From positions 48,546,001 through 48,610,000 of the forward strand of contig NC_043007.1 in assembly GCF_006345805.1 (NCBI RefSeq): DNA of 64,000 nucleotides, in the 5' to 3' direction. The position numbers were made by a program, and so were the translations under genes. Under the pieces are notes generated by a model that was not told where the DNA came from, did not search any database, and was given only the letters and a program-made list of their open reading frames with translations. Source of the DNA: Octopus sinensis. Its lineage: Eukaryota. Shown one piece after another: positions 24,861 to 37,777 of this stretch. Numbering within the stretch: the first letter of the stretch is position 1; each line of letters begins with the position of its first letter.

Positions 24861-26538
24861 CATGCATGCATTTCAATACATGGCTTGATTTTATTTTCAA
24901 GTGTCTGTTCATAGAAGCTGTAAAGTGGTAGGTAGAGGACATTCTAGAAAATTTAGTTCTTTCATTGACTTTTTTCCTACTCTGTCTTCGAAAAAGAAAG
25001 TGATGTGACAGACAAACAACAAATGGTTTCTAAAAAAAATAAAATAAAAAATTATTTGATTTCAAAGAGAACTGTGGTAGGTGAGAGAGAGATGAAGTGG
25101 GAGAGAGATCATTATATAGATTTTTAAGAAAATAATGTACAGCTAACAAACTGCAATAGAAGAGAAAAAGTGGTATTTTATGTTTCATTGTTAGATAAAT
25201 GAGAGATTTGTGGTTGCTGTTTCAAAGAATCATCTCAACAAAATTACTGCAAAGATTTCTTTGCATCTTAAAGACTGTCTCTGGTGAAGAATGTGGGAGT
25301 AAGTTGAGCAGTTACAGAAAACAGACTTTAAGCTGACTAACACACAGCATCACAACATCACACAAATATTGAAATTTTGAAAAGTCAGTTAAGAATTAAG
25401 ATTAAGGTATTTATTTAGTCCAGCAGAGAGGAACCTGCAGCAGCTTTTCAGTGCCTTGTGACCTTCTTAGAAGAAGTCTAGGTATTGCACTAAGAGAAGT
25501 ACAATCATATTTATCATCGTCATCATTTTAATGATGATGTATTTTTCCATGCTTGCATGGGTTGAACAGAGGTAGGTTTCCTGCACCTGGATGCCCTTCT
25601 TGTCAGCAACCTTCATCTGTTTACAAGCAAGGTAATAATTTCCCTTGGCCAGGTATGTTTTTACAGAATACTGGAAGTGAATAGAATAACACTCCTTGTG
25701 TGACACTGACAATCATTTGCAATTATTAAATGATGTCAAGGCAAAGACACACACACGTGATGGATTTCTTTCAGTTCCCATCTATCAAATCAACACAAAA
25801 AGCTTTGATTGTCCAAGGACATAGTACAGATATTGGGGAACTTTGTAAGCCAATTACCCCAAAATCTATTTATTTACAGTGACATTACCTTGATATGAAA
25901 TGAAGAAAATCAGATTTTTTTTTTTTAATTCAAAAGGTTTATTGAATCTATTTATAATGGAGAACACAATGATAAATGCAAAAAGTATAAAACAAACAAA
26001 CAATAAAATAAATTAATATCCTCATTATGAAACAAAAGGATTTTTCTAGAAACCTTTTCACTTCAGGTTTTGGAGAAATGATGTTTCATTTTTGTTACAA
26101 TTACATCAAAATTGAGGCATTTTGATGCCAGAACAATTTGGATACAGTCTTCGGGGTTGAATCAATTTTGTTAAAGGGTTGAATTGAATAACTACTTAAA
26201 TCTACTTAAAATAAAACAAAAACACATGTCAAAATACAAGGTTAAGGCAAGTAATAGACAACTGACAAATAATATCTGTTTAGTCACTAGACAATGCTTT
26301 AGCAACCAAATTGTTTGTAGTTCAAAATGGTGTGATGTCTAAACACATCCATTACATTGGATAGATGCAGTGTTGCCAGAAGAAAAATTTCTGTCATAAC
26401 AAGGAACACGTTTTTTTTTTTTTTTGTACAATTTTACTTGTCTAATGAGTCCTCATTACCCTCAAAGAATTTATTTTTACCTCGTTGGGGCAATTTACCC
26501 TGGTTTGCCGACCCCCGCAATAGCAGAAAACATTTGTT

Positions 26539-26955
26539 GGATCTTTTCGGTTTGAACGGCAGTTTTTTCTAGCGGTATCATATGAAATTGTCACCCATAA
26601 TTATGACCCTAGTATCGATCTATTGCATTTCAATCTGTTTTAGGGTTAGGGTTAGGGGTGGGGGGAAGGGTATCTTTTTTTCTTCAGAAATGTAAATAAA
26701 CCCAATCTGTTTCTTAAATGAGGGACATATTCATACAGCACAGAATGTTTTCACCTCAATAGACGTCATTGATTGGTTGAAATTGCAGAAATGAAGAAAA
26801 AAAAACAACAAATATCTTACAAACTATAGAATTTTCTCAATAAAGCCAAGAGAAAAAGATGTTTTATAAACACATTCTACCAGTATACAAAGTTTAAAAG
26901 TGTTTAGTTACGTGGAAATTATTTTAAAAAACTGCAGTTCAAACCAAAAAGATCC
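26539..26955. mobile_element. MITE with 29-bp TIRs and 8-bp TSD
   Basis: TIR GGATCTTTTCGGTTTGAACGGCAGTTTTT with 2 mismatches to the right end; TSD catttgtt at 26531-26538 and 26956-26963. Confidence 0.88.
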
Positions 26956-27044
26956 CATTTGTTTAAGCAGTGAATCTGAAACCACATGGTTGAGAAGCAA
27001 ATTCTCCACACAGGCATAACTGCACCAACTATTATATTTATTCA

Positions 27045-27235
27045 TCATCATCATCATCATTTAACATCCATTTTCCATGCTAGCAAAGGTTGGACAGTTT
27101 TGACAGAAGCTGATTAGCTGAAGAGCTGCCCAGGCTCCATGACTGTTTTCGCATGGCTTCTGTGATTCGATGCCCTTCTTAATGCCAACCACTTTTGCAG
27201 AGTGTAGTGGGTGCTTTTACCCAGCACCAGCAAGG
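27045..27235 (-). mobile_element. RTE 3' tip
   Basis: (CAT)n ttaacatccattttccatgctagc...gatgcccttcttaatgccaaccac. Confidence 0.75.
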
Positions 27236-27614
27236 GTACTTTTAAATGACAAATTCTTAAAGAAGTTGTTTTACATTTTTACTCAGTTCTTAAAAATGGT
27301 TAGTTTGTATCTTACTTTAATACTTATAATCACACTTTAACGATATATATATATATTCAAAGTTTGCTGCATATATAATAGAATTTTGTTTTATTCAACA
27401 GTCATGAGAGGGTTTTTTCAAGGTTGACCTGAGGTGATGACAGGTTGAGCTGATAAATGAAAAGGTGTTCCTTGGACTGTGTGATGAAGTAACTGACAAC
27501 ATCTATGAATAATTAGCCGATTTTATTATTGCACATAGAGTTTAACTATGTTAGTCTTTTACAAATAATAAAAACAATAATTACATACTAGGAAAGAGTT
27601 TACAGCATGCTTAC

Positions 27615-27709
27615 AGATACTGCATTCTGTGGTTGGCCCATCATAACTGGAAACTATTGTGGTGGTGGAGATTCCTGTTGACTATCTGCCATCTGTCTTA
27701 ACCGCCTGG
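27615..27709 (-). other. Candidate spliced exon of an unidentified transcript
   Basis: Acceptor gtgttttgttcttgctacag| and donor |gtaagc; best frame RRLRQMADSQQESPPPQ*FPVMMGQPQNAVS. Confidence 0.4.
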
Positions 27710-30700
27710 CTGTAGCAAGAACAAAACACAACATACAGCAGCCTCAACATTCTGAAATTTATTTTAGCTGTCTGTATGGCCATCGGGCAAGAGTGGAGAC
27801 ACATATCACTCAGTTGTCTTCCAACACTCTGCAAAGAGTTTGGGCACCAACAATGGTTTTATATAGGGTACAAGTAACAGATTCAAGAAAATTGAATTAT
27901 GCTGACTGACTGCATAACAGACCACATGAAACTACTGTGGTTTGCTCATGATGTCTGATTAGTTACCTAGCAGTTCACTTTCAAATTAGCATACACTAAT
28001 TCAATGACACCTTCAGTAGTCACTGAAACATATTTCACAATTGTTCATTTGTTTATTTTCATGACTTGCTTGAAAAATTGAAGATATTTTCCAAGAATTG
28101 CTGGAGCAGGCAAACATTCTTCAGTTCAGTTGAGATGCACTATAACTACAATATAACTGATGTTGTACCAAGCAGACTGAGGATCAAAAATGCACTCCTT
28201 ACCCAGAGATGTACAATGTATGTTTATTCTAAAGAACAGATCGTTCGTACCATAAACCCCATGTCTGTAGAAACCATTTTATGTCCTGTACCATAGAGTA
28301 TCTTTGAAGATCTGCAAAAGTTGTTCACTAGAATTCATAGTATGAAAGAAGACTGAGAAAGAACTCATTTCTTCTCTGACAAAAGCACCCCACTGAAATC
28401 ACTAAAATTTTCTTCTCATGACACACTTATTCCACATAGACATCCTGGACCACATCCAGAGAATGGCCAATTAAATGAGTGGCATTAAATCACTAACAAA
28501 TACACTTAATCCTCTGTTCTACAAATGTGCTCTCTCTCTCTGTCTTTACTATCACTACTTTAATGGCATCCATTCTTCAGAACTGGCTAGTTTCATACTT
28601 CCTCTAGCCCCTGCCCACTTGCCTTTCACCTCGAGTCACCCTTGGTTCATCTATGATCCCCAACAAACCATTATGCTCAATCTTTCTACCCTAAAACATG
28701 CCTTTGTGTCTATCAAAACTTTTCTACAAATTGTACCAAAGCTATTTCCAAAGAATTTCTTGTTCCACAAAAAACAATTTCATTTGTTGTGGTGTCAGTG
28801 ATTTGAGAAAGAACAGAAATTGTTGATAAAGACACGAAATAATAAGCAGCAGAACTTGTGGAAATTCTATGTTTTGAAAATGATTTTATTTCTATTTCAT
28901 CATCATCATCATTTGATGTTCATTTGCTATGATGGCATAAGATGGATGGTTTGATAGGATCTGGCAAGTTGTATGGATGCACCATGCTCCAATGTCAGCT
29001 TAGGCTAGATGCCCTTCCTAAAGCCAACCATCTTACAGTGTGTAATGGGTCTTTGTCATGCTATTGGCACTAATGAGGTTCCTAAATAAGTTGTAAAACC
29101 AAAACAAAAACAGTAAATAGAAAAGCCCCCATGACCAAGTGGGGGGCAGGAAGATGCTGAGAGGCTAAAGCACAATAGAGTGACAAGTGCAGGTGTCTTA
29201 GATCTTCAAAGCATTGACATCACTATATCTTTGATGTCATTCCATAGGTAGATGTAACATTCAAACCCATGTCATGACAAGTGAAATAATTCTATTGATA
29301 GATAGTTGGGTTACACAGATGCATCTTGTTTATAGACTCTAACACTATGCCAAGAGAGTAATTTATATATTGGTATTTTGGTCAGTATTCCAACTTCTAC
29401 ATACAAACTGGCCCATTAATGACCAGAAGAAATATAACAAGAGACATGTCTAAAAATAAAACAAGATTCCAAACTGAGTGTGAAAGAGAATGAAAGGAGA
29501 AACTGAAAATAAACACACAAACACACAACTGAGGAAGGTTCCATTTCTGCCACTCTATAACTGATACAGTTCTTTAGCCTCAGATCAGCCCTGATTTAGC
29601 AAAATTATGACCAAATGAATTGCAGCCATGACCAAGTTCTCCTTTTGTATATCAGGGACCACAATGTCCAATGTGTCCTTCCTTTTCTTTAAGGTAATGT
29701 GTGATCTGATTGAGATTTAGCTGATATTTCTAGCACCCCTGCCCATACCACCAACACCACCTGCTTCTAAAAGAACAAATTGTCATAACCAGTATTGTGC
29801 TTAGTTTTCATTATCCCAGTTAATTTACATGTTAATAGGTGCCATAGTGAAGTACAACCCCTTACTGTAGGTAACAGTGTCACAACTGACTGACAAACAG
29901 ATTCGTTATCTTAAAAGTACTGGCGTCAAATACTGCCAAATCTACTCTTTCTATACATATGTATGTGTGCATGAATGCATATACGTATGTATATATGTAT
30001 GTAAGTGTATATGTATGTATGCATGTGTGTATGTGTGTGCATATGCATGTATGCGTGTGTGTGAGTGAACAGAACTAAAATAAAAGACTTGCTTACTAAA
30101 ATTAAATGCACACACACTTTAAGGTGGTTTTCAGGGACAGATTATGTGAGAACAATGTAATATAACAGTAGTGTTGTTAATGTAAACTGTCGTCTGTAGC
30201 AACACCCAAACATACACACAACACAACACACACTCACAGCTGACTACCTTCCTTACACTTATTCAATCTGTAATCCTTTTAGTTTCTCTCACTAACCTAC
30301 ATCTATGTAAACCCACCCTCCCCACTTCATACCCTCTGTCTATTTTGCCCACCTCCACACCAACCATTCTCCCTCTCCTTAATTCATCTCTGCCTTGGGT
30401 CCCTCTCCCCCACCCATTTCACACACACTATTAAACTATCATGGAAAAGTGAGTAAAGGAACTTGCTCAATAATATCCTGACTAAAATCTACAGACATGA
30501 ACAAAGAGAAGTAGCAGGTGACAAAACATTTAGTGAAAGCAAACAAACATGAAAGGAGAGAAAAAAGGGACTTCACACATACATACAGCAATACATGTAC
30601 AGACACATGCACAGCAATGTGTAGACACAAACACACGCAATATATGCATACATACAGAGGCATAATAATATGCACAGAAATGTACACACATAGACAAAGA

Positions 30701-31039
30701 ACGTGCATGCATGCCCACACACACACACATGAAAAACATGCAGACAAGTACACATATACAGTAATACATGCAGACTAGACACACACAGTAATACATATAG
30801 GCATACATACACACACACACAGTAGTATATAAAAATCACAGAGAGGTAAAAAGAATTTTGAATGCTTCTGAAGACTTCATTCAGTCTGCATCAACATGGC
30901 TTCCCAGTTACACTCCAGAATAAATATTAATTAGCTTGTTCAACCTAACTGAGATTTGTTATGTAGAACACCGTACACTGCAGTAAACATCCCAAGAAAT
31001 TATTTCATGTAGACAACAAATGCCAAAAAATACAGACTT

Positions 31040-31530
31040 TGTCAGATGATGAGGACAGCTGCATAAAGAAGTGCTGATCTCTAATTGTGGAGAGAACTTG
31101 TGGAATGGATAGACCCAGGACGACATAGGATGAAATGGTGAGAAAGGATCTTCAGATGCTGGGTATCATTGAGGAGATAACAAGGAACTAAGACTTCTTG
31201 CGATTTGCAGTACTTGACAAGACATGTTAAGCTAATAAAATCATGACCATCCATACATACAGGCATGTCCTTTATGGCCATGCCCTCACTCCTTCTCCCA
31301 GCTGAGAGGTCTTGCAGTGCCAGTACCATGTAAAATTCACTCATACTAACAGCACATTAAAAGCACCCAGCATACTCTGTAAAGTGGTTGGTATTAGGAA
31401 GGGCATCGAACCATAGAACCATGCCTAAACTGACAATTGGAGACTGGACAGCTCTCAGATTGGCCAGCTCCTGTCAACCCATCTAGCCCATTCCAGCATG
31501 GAAAACAGACATTAAACAATGTTGATGATA
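31040..31530 (+). mobile_element. Degenerate RTE 3' end
   Basis: gatgaggacagctgcataaagaagtgc (DEDSCIKKC) followed by the shared 3' tip and gatgat. Confidence 0.7.
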
Positions 31531-31907
31531 ATAACATTTTGTCAGTATTACAGGATGGCACTGTTGTAATATGTGATTTCACAGTAAATTGTAGTTCACC
31601 AACAACAGGTAGCCAAACACTGAATGTCAGATCAAAAAATCAGTCAAACTGCTATAGTTAACACTGGCTAAAGTTATTCATGTTGCAAACGGCTAGCTAC
31701 TAGCAACAGAAGCTGCCTTTGTCACAAATATTAATTAGAATGAAGTTTTATATGCACAATGTCAATAGTCTAGAAACAGCATCATCATTTAACATTCATT
31801 TTCCATGCTGGCATAGGTTGGACAGTTTGACAGGAGCTGGTCAACCAGGGAGCTGACCAAACTCCAATTGTCTGTTTTGGCATGATTTCTACAGCTGGAT
31901 GCCCTTC

Positions 31908-32395
31908 CTAACAGAAGGTCAACATTTCCATCAAGTTTCTTATTGGTGTACTAGTGTGTTCTTTTAGAGGGGTGTCTGTCACTAGTTTTTCTTGTATCAC
32001 CAATAGTGTTTCACCAGTTGGGACTTTGGTGAACAGACTTATTACATCTAGACTCACCATCTCATTGGATTCAATGCGGGTATCCTTAATCAATTCTGTG
32101 AAGTGGGAGGAATTCTTCACTTACAATGTTGACTTTCCTACTAATAGACTGATTATATCCACAAGGAAGCAGCTCAGGGATGACATGCTGAACCTCTACA
32201 GCTCACTATAGGTCTTAATGGAAAACCATCCTTGTGAATCTTAGGGAGACCATACATCTGTGGTAGTTTGCTGTGGTGTTGAGTCAATTCTCTGTACTTC
32301 ATTGGTGCAAAGTGATCCTTGTTCTAGATCAAGATCTATGACAACTTCCTCTCTGTTTTCAGAGTTGGGTCTCTCTTTTCTTTGCCGTAGCTACC
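31908..32395 (-). mobile_element. Penelope-like element RT fragment (pseudogenised)
   Basis: KNSSHFTELIKDTRIESNEMVSLDVISLFTKVPTGETLLVIQEKL...LMEMLTFC matches the PLE RT motif (S.DV.SLFT.VP). Confidence 0.8.
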
Positions 32396-32884
32396 ATCAC
32401 TTATAAGACTTGTCTGGAAAAATGGAGAGTGGCTTGGTTTCTATGGTTGGGTGCCCTTCCTAAAGCCAACCACTCCACAGAGTGTATCAGGTGCCTTTGA
32501 TGTGTCACTGGCACAGGTACCCTTTATGTGACAACTGACATGGATGCCACTTGAGTATCACCAGCACAGATGCCTTTTACATGTCACTGGCACAGGCCAC
32601 AATCATGATTTCATTTAGCTTCTGTGAATGTATTTTATCGCTATAGTCAAACCACTAATGTGGTTCTTCAACAATGGGAGTCCATAAAAATAATATGTAG
32701 AATGTGTATGTGGGTATTCATATATATATATATATATCATTAGAAAGGGCATCCAGCTGTAGAAACCATGCCAAATCAGACTGGAACCTGGTGCAGCCTA
32801 CAAGTTACCAGTTCCAGTCAAACCATTTAATCCATGCCAGCATGGAAAGTGGACATTAAATGATGATGATATATATGTATGTAT

Positions 32885-33278
32885 ACTCTTTTACTTGTTT
32901 CAGTCATTTGACTGCGGCCATGCTGGAGCACCGCCTTTAGTCGAGCAAATTGACCCCAGGACTTATTCTTTGTAAGCTCAGTACTTATTCTATCGGTCTC
33001 TTTCGCCGAACTGCTAAGTGACGGGGACGTAAACACACCAGCATTGGTTGTCAAGCAATGCTAGGGGGACAAACACAGACACACACACACACACATATAT
33101 ATATATACGTATATACGACAGGCTTCTTTCAGTTTCTGTCAACCAAATCCACTCACAAGGCATTGGTTGGCCCGGGGCTATAGCAGAAGACACTTGCCCA
33201 AGATGCCACACAGTGGGACTGAACCCAGAACCATGTGGTTGGTTAGCAAGCTACTTACCACACAGCCACTCCTGTGCC
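32885..33278 (-). mobile_element. CORE-type SINE (family A), full length, well preserved
   Basis: Complete head, CORE and tail with CpGs retained. Confidence 0.9.
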
Positions 33279-33282
33279 TATA

Positions 33283-33465
33283 TCATCATCATCATCATCA
33301 TCATTTAGCGTCCGTTTTCCATGCTAGCATGGGTTGGACGGTTCAACTGGGGTCTGTGAAGCTGGAAGGCTTTATCAGGCCCAGTCAGATCTGGCAGTGT
33401 TTCTGGATGCCCTTCCTAACGCCAACCACTCCGTGAGTGTAGTGGGTGCTTTTTACGTGCCACGT
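33283..33465 (-). mobile_element. RTE 3' tip
   Basis: (CAT)n ttagcgtccgttttccatgctagcatgggttggacgg...gtagtgggtgctttttacgtgccac. Confidence 0.85.
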
Positions 33466-33527
33466 GATTGAGTACTATCTGGTAATTGATATTTGATTTA
33501 GATGTATTTCTCCATTTTCTTATCTTG

Positions 33528-33614
<87 letters not shown>

Positions 33615-33945
33615 TTTGTGTCTATATACATATGAAGAACTCAAGCATCTCCCTGCATATCTGGTGGGGAGAAGGCCCTGCAGCATAAGGAATGGCATCA
33701 ATTGCTGAGGCTGATAATTCCAGCTGTTGAGGAGGAATAAGAGAATATAAAAGACCACATGAGAGGTGTCATTTCTCTGTTGCATCAAGTAGCTTCACCT
33801 GCAGTAGATGTCATCACTGCTGCAGATCAAAAGAAAGCCTGGTAGCCCATATGAGATCCTGTTAGAGATGATTACTGAACAAGAACAGTTTAAATTGACT
33901 GACAACAGAGAGCAGAGAAGAAGAAAGAATATATATATATATATA

Positions 33946-35960
33946 TCATCATCATTTAATATCTGCTTTCCATGCTGGTATGGGATGGACAATTTGACTG
34001 AGGACTGGTGAACCAGATGGCTGCACCAGGCTCCAATCTGATCTGGCAGAGTTTCTACTGCTGGATGCCTTTCCAAATGCCAACCACTCCCAGAGTGTAG
34101 TGGGTGCTTTTACATGCCACTGGCACAAGGGCCACTCAAGCAGTACTGGCAATGCCCACGTTCAAATGGTGTTTTTTACGTGCCACCTGTACAGAAGCCA
34201 GTCCAGCGGCACTGGCAACGACCTCTCTCGAATATTTTTTCACATGTTACCAGCACAAGTGTCAGTAAGGTGACGCTAGTAACAATCACGCTCAAATGGT
34301 GCTTTTTACGTGCCACCGGCACAGAAGCCAGTCAGCTGCTCTGGCAACGATCACACTCGGATGGTGCTCCTAGCACACCGCTAGCACAGATGCCAGTCAT
34401 CGAATTTGATTTCGATTTCACTTGCCTCAACAGGTCTTTGCAATTTTTGTGTCCAATGAAGGAAAGGTACACATAAGTGGGCTGGTTATGCCCCTGGCAT
34501 AGGTCACAGTTTATGGTTTCACTTGGTTTGCCAGGTCTTCTCAAGCACAGCATATTTCCAAAGGTCTCGGTCACAAGTCATTGCCTCGGTGAGGCCTAAT
34601 GTTCAAAGGTCATGCTTCACCACCTCATGCCAGGTCTTCCTGGGTCTACCTCTTCACAGGTTCCCTCAACTGCTAGGGTGTGGAATTTTTCACACAGCTC
34701 TCTTCATCCATTCTCACCACATGACCATACCAGCACAGTCGTCTCTCTTGCACACCACATCTGATGCTTCTCAGGTCAACCTTTTCTCTCTGTCGAGTAT
34801 GCGCACTGACATTACACATCCAGTGGAGCATACTCGCTTCATTTCTTGTAAGCTTACACATGTCCTCAGCAGTCACGGCCCATGTTTCACTGCCATGTAG
34901 CATGGCTGTTTGTACACGTGTCACACAATCTACCTTTTACTCTTAGCGAGAGGCATATTGTCACCAGCAGAGGTAGGAGCTCTCTGAACTTTGCGCAGGC
35001 TATTCTTATTCTAGCAGCTACACTTTCAGAGCGTTCACCCTTGCTACTGACTTGGTCACCTAGGTAAAGGAAGCTATCAACTACTTGTAGTTTTTCTCCC
35101 TGGAATGTGACAGAAGCTGTTCTCTGCATATTTTCAGTGTTTATAGCACCTGAGCAATTGCCATATATAAAAACTATCTTCCAGTTAGCCTTCCTTTGAT
35201 ATTGCTGCACTTCCTATGTGTCCATAGCTTACACTGGGTACATCTTATGAAGTTTCTACCTACAAGTTTTCTACAGATTGAGCAGGGCCATCTACCTGAA
35301 GGGATTTGTGGTTTGTCTGCCTTCCTACTTATTAAGACTTTGGTTTTAGCTAGTTTGACTCTAAGGCCCTTCGATTCTAACCCTTGCTTCCACACCCGAA
35401 ACTTTTCCTCTAGTTCTGATAGTGACTCAGCAATTAGAGCAAGGTCATTAGCATAAAGTAATTCCCAGGGGCATCCTGTCTTGAATTCCTCTGTTATTGC
35501 CTGGAGGACTATGATGTATAAGAGGGGCTGAGGACTGATCGACCCCTACTCCTACCCGGAATTCTTCACTGTACTCATTGCCAATCCACACCTTACTGAC
35601 AGCATCTCTTGCACACCTCTTACTAACCATTAATCTATACTTAGTTTTCTCATTGACCATCAGATAAGGGATCGGGAGACCCTGTCAAAGGCTTCCTTTG
35701 TGTCAACAAAAGCTAGGTACAGAGGTTTATCTTTGGCTAGGTATTTCTCCTGCAGTTGTCTTACCAGAAATATAGCATCAGTGGTGCTTTTCCCTGGCAT
35801 GAACCCAAACTGCATCTCATCTAGACTGACTCTCTTCCTAATTAGTTGGGCTATGACCCTCTCCATGATTTTCATTACCTGATCCAACTACTTGATACCT
35901 CTGTAAATATTTGTAACTAGGGCGTCACCTTTACCTTTGCAGCAGTTGACTATGGTGCTG
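33946..35960 (-). mobile_element. 5'-truncated, frameshifted RTE LINE
   Basis: DQVMKIMERVIAQLIR...QFGFMPGKSTTDAIFLVRQLQEKYLAK...LAFVD..AFDRV RT motifs, through to the (GAT)n tail. Confidence 0.92.
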
Positions 35961-36424
35961 CTGGATGCCCTTCCTAACGCCAACCACTCCGAGAGTGTAG
36001 TGGGTGCTTTTACGTGCCACCAAAAGTCATTATATGCAATTACATACATAGACACACAAACATACATATACAGAAAGAGAGAGAGAGAGATTCAGACATA
36101 TACACTGTGTATATAAAGGGATTGATGGATGGCGGAATAATTAATAGCCAACATAGATATCTATAGAAAATATCTATACCCTCATACATGCAATATCTAT
36201 ATATGTATACATACATAAACATCAAATAATGAGGGTTTTTTTACAAAATGGGGAAACAACAATGATGTGTTTGTTATAGTTAAATGGTTGAATAACACTA
36301 TGACAAGAAGCAGTAGAAACACCGCCAGATATAACTGGCCTGGTGCAGCCTTCGGGCTTCCCAGACCCCAGTTGAACTGTCCAACCCATGCTAGCATGGA
36401 AAGCGGACGTTATACGATGATGAT

Positions 36425-36711
36425 ATACATATATATACATACATATATGCATATGTATATATACATACATATATATATATACTAATACATATATACTTAT
36501 ATATATATACATATATATATATCCATATATATATATCCATATATATATATCCATATATATATATACATATATATATATCATNNNNNNNNNNNNNNNNNNN
36601 NNNNNNNNNNNNNNNNNNNNNNNNNNNNNNNNNNNNNNNNNNNNNNNNNNNNNNNNNNNNNNNNNNNNNNNNNNNNNNNNNACATATACATACATATATA
36701 TATATATACAT

Positions 36712-36750
<39 letters not shown>

Positions 36751-36800
36751 TATATACATGCACATATATATATATACATACATATATATATACATACATA
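36425..36800. repeat. (TA)n-rich microsatellite containing a 100-N assembly gap (36582-36681)
   Basis: Directly visible. Confidence 0.97.
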
Positions 36801-37033
36801 GATTGGCATATTTCGGTCATATTATGCGGAGAGAATCCCTGAAGAAGGACATCATTCTCGGAATGGTCAGTGGCAAGAGAGGAAGAGGCCGACCAAGAAC
36901 CCGCAGGCTTGACACCATCAGGAGTGATACCGGAATGGACATGGCCAGTCTGAAGGAAGTGGCCCAGGATAGAACTGACTGGAGGACACTGATCCAACGA
37001 CTGACCGAGAGTCGACTTAGACTGAGCGGTTAG
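36800..37033 (+). mobile_element. BovB-like RTE LINE 3' end (separate family)
   Basis: [46 protein letters not shown]...AQDRTDWR..I.RLTESRLRL; no long 3' UTR; (TA)n flanks. Confidence 0.85.
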
Positions 37034-37280
37034 ATATATATATATATATGTATGTATATATACTATGTAGGTTATGAGAGGTAATGGTGCCAGTGTGACC
37101 CAAAGGTGTCAGGTAATGCAGAATAAGTGCTATGGATAGACCATAGTTAAGTTTCAGATTCGGTGATTATGCCAATAAGGCGTCCAACTTAGGTCATATA
37201 TCAGCGTTGTATATAAAAATTTTTTTCATAATGAGATAAAAAAACCAAGGCTGTGTATATTTTAGAACATCTATAAATAG

Positions 37281-37328
37281 GTCTTACAGCTGTTTCTAGG
37301 ATATTTATTATATCCCTTCATCGGAGAC
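37281..37328 (-). ncRNA. Minimal type I hammerhead ribozyme motif
   Basis: GUCU CCGAUGA AGGGAUAU-AAUAA-AUAUCCUA GAAAC AGCU GUA AGAC: 4-bp stem I, core, 7-bp stem II, palindromic stem III, GUA cleavage triplet. Confidence 0.65.
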
Positions 37329-37777
37329 GGCGTGAAAAGATGGTTAAGCAATAATTAATTTAGATAAGATACGAAATAGAGAGTGAGCTGGAGGAATGAA
37401 AATAGATGAGAGATATGCAGGGATATTGTATTTGTAGATCCATTATTTAGGCAGAATGGTATACATATAAGATTCCAATACCTTATGAGTAAAATCCAGT
37501 AGTATTTAAAATTGGTCATTCCAAGTTTTTTATTTTCCTCTCTTTTTATTTTTATTATTTTATCATTTTTCTTCTTATTTTCTTCTCTTTCTTTTGTCTC
37601 TTTCTTTATTCCTCTCTTCATGTTTTCGATTTGACCTTACTAATACATCCCCTACTTTTAGGTCACTTTAGATAAAACTCTTGATTCAATAACACTATGT
37701 ATAAAGACTATACTTGGAATGACCAACTTTAAATACTATTGGATTTTACTCATAAGGTATTAGAATCTTACATGTAT

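Noticed and set aside
26640-26662. Telomeric array
   Set aside because: Only ~3 TTAGGG units, and they lie inside a MITE.
33620-33721. Minus-strand segment after a strong polypyrimidine acceptor (LELSASAIDAIPYAAGPSPHQICREMLEFF)
   Set aside because: No convincing donor and no recognisable homology; left unannotated.
36582-36681. 100-N run
   Set aside because: Assembly gap, not biology; true length unknown.
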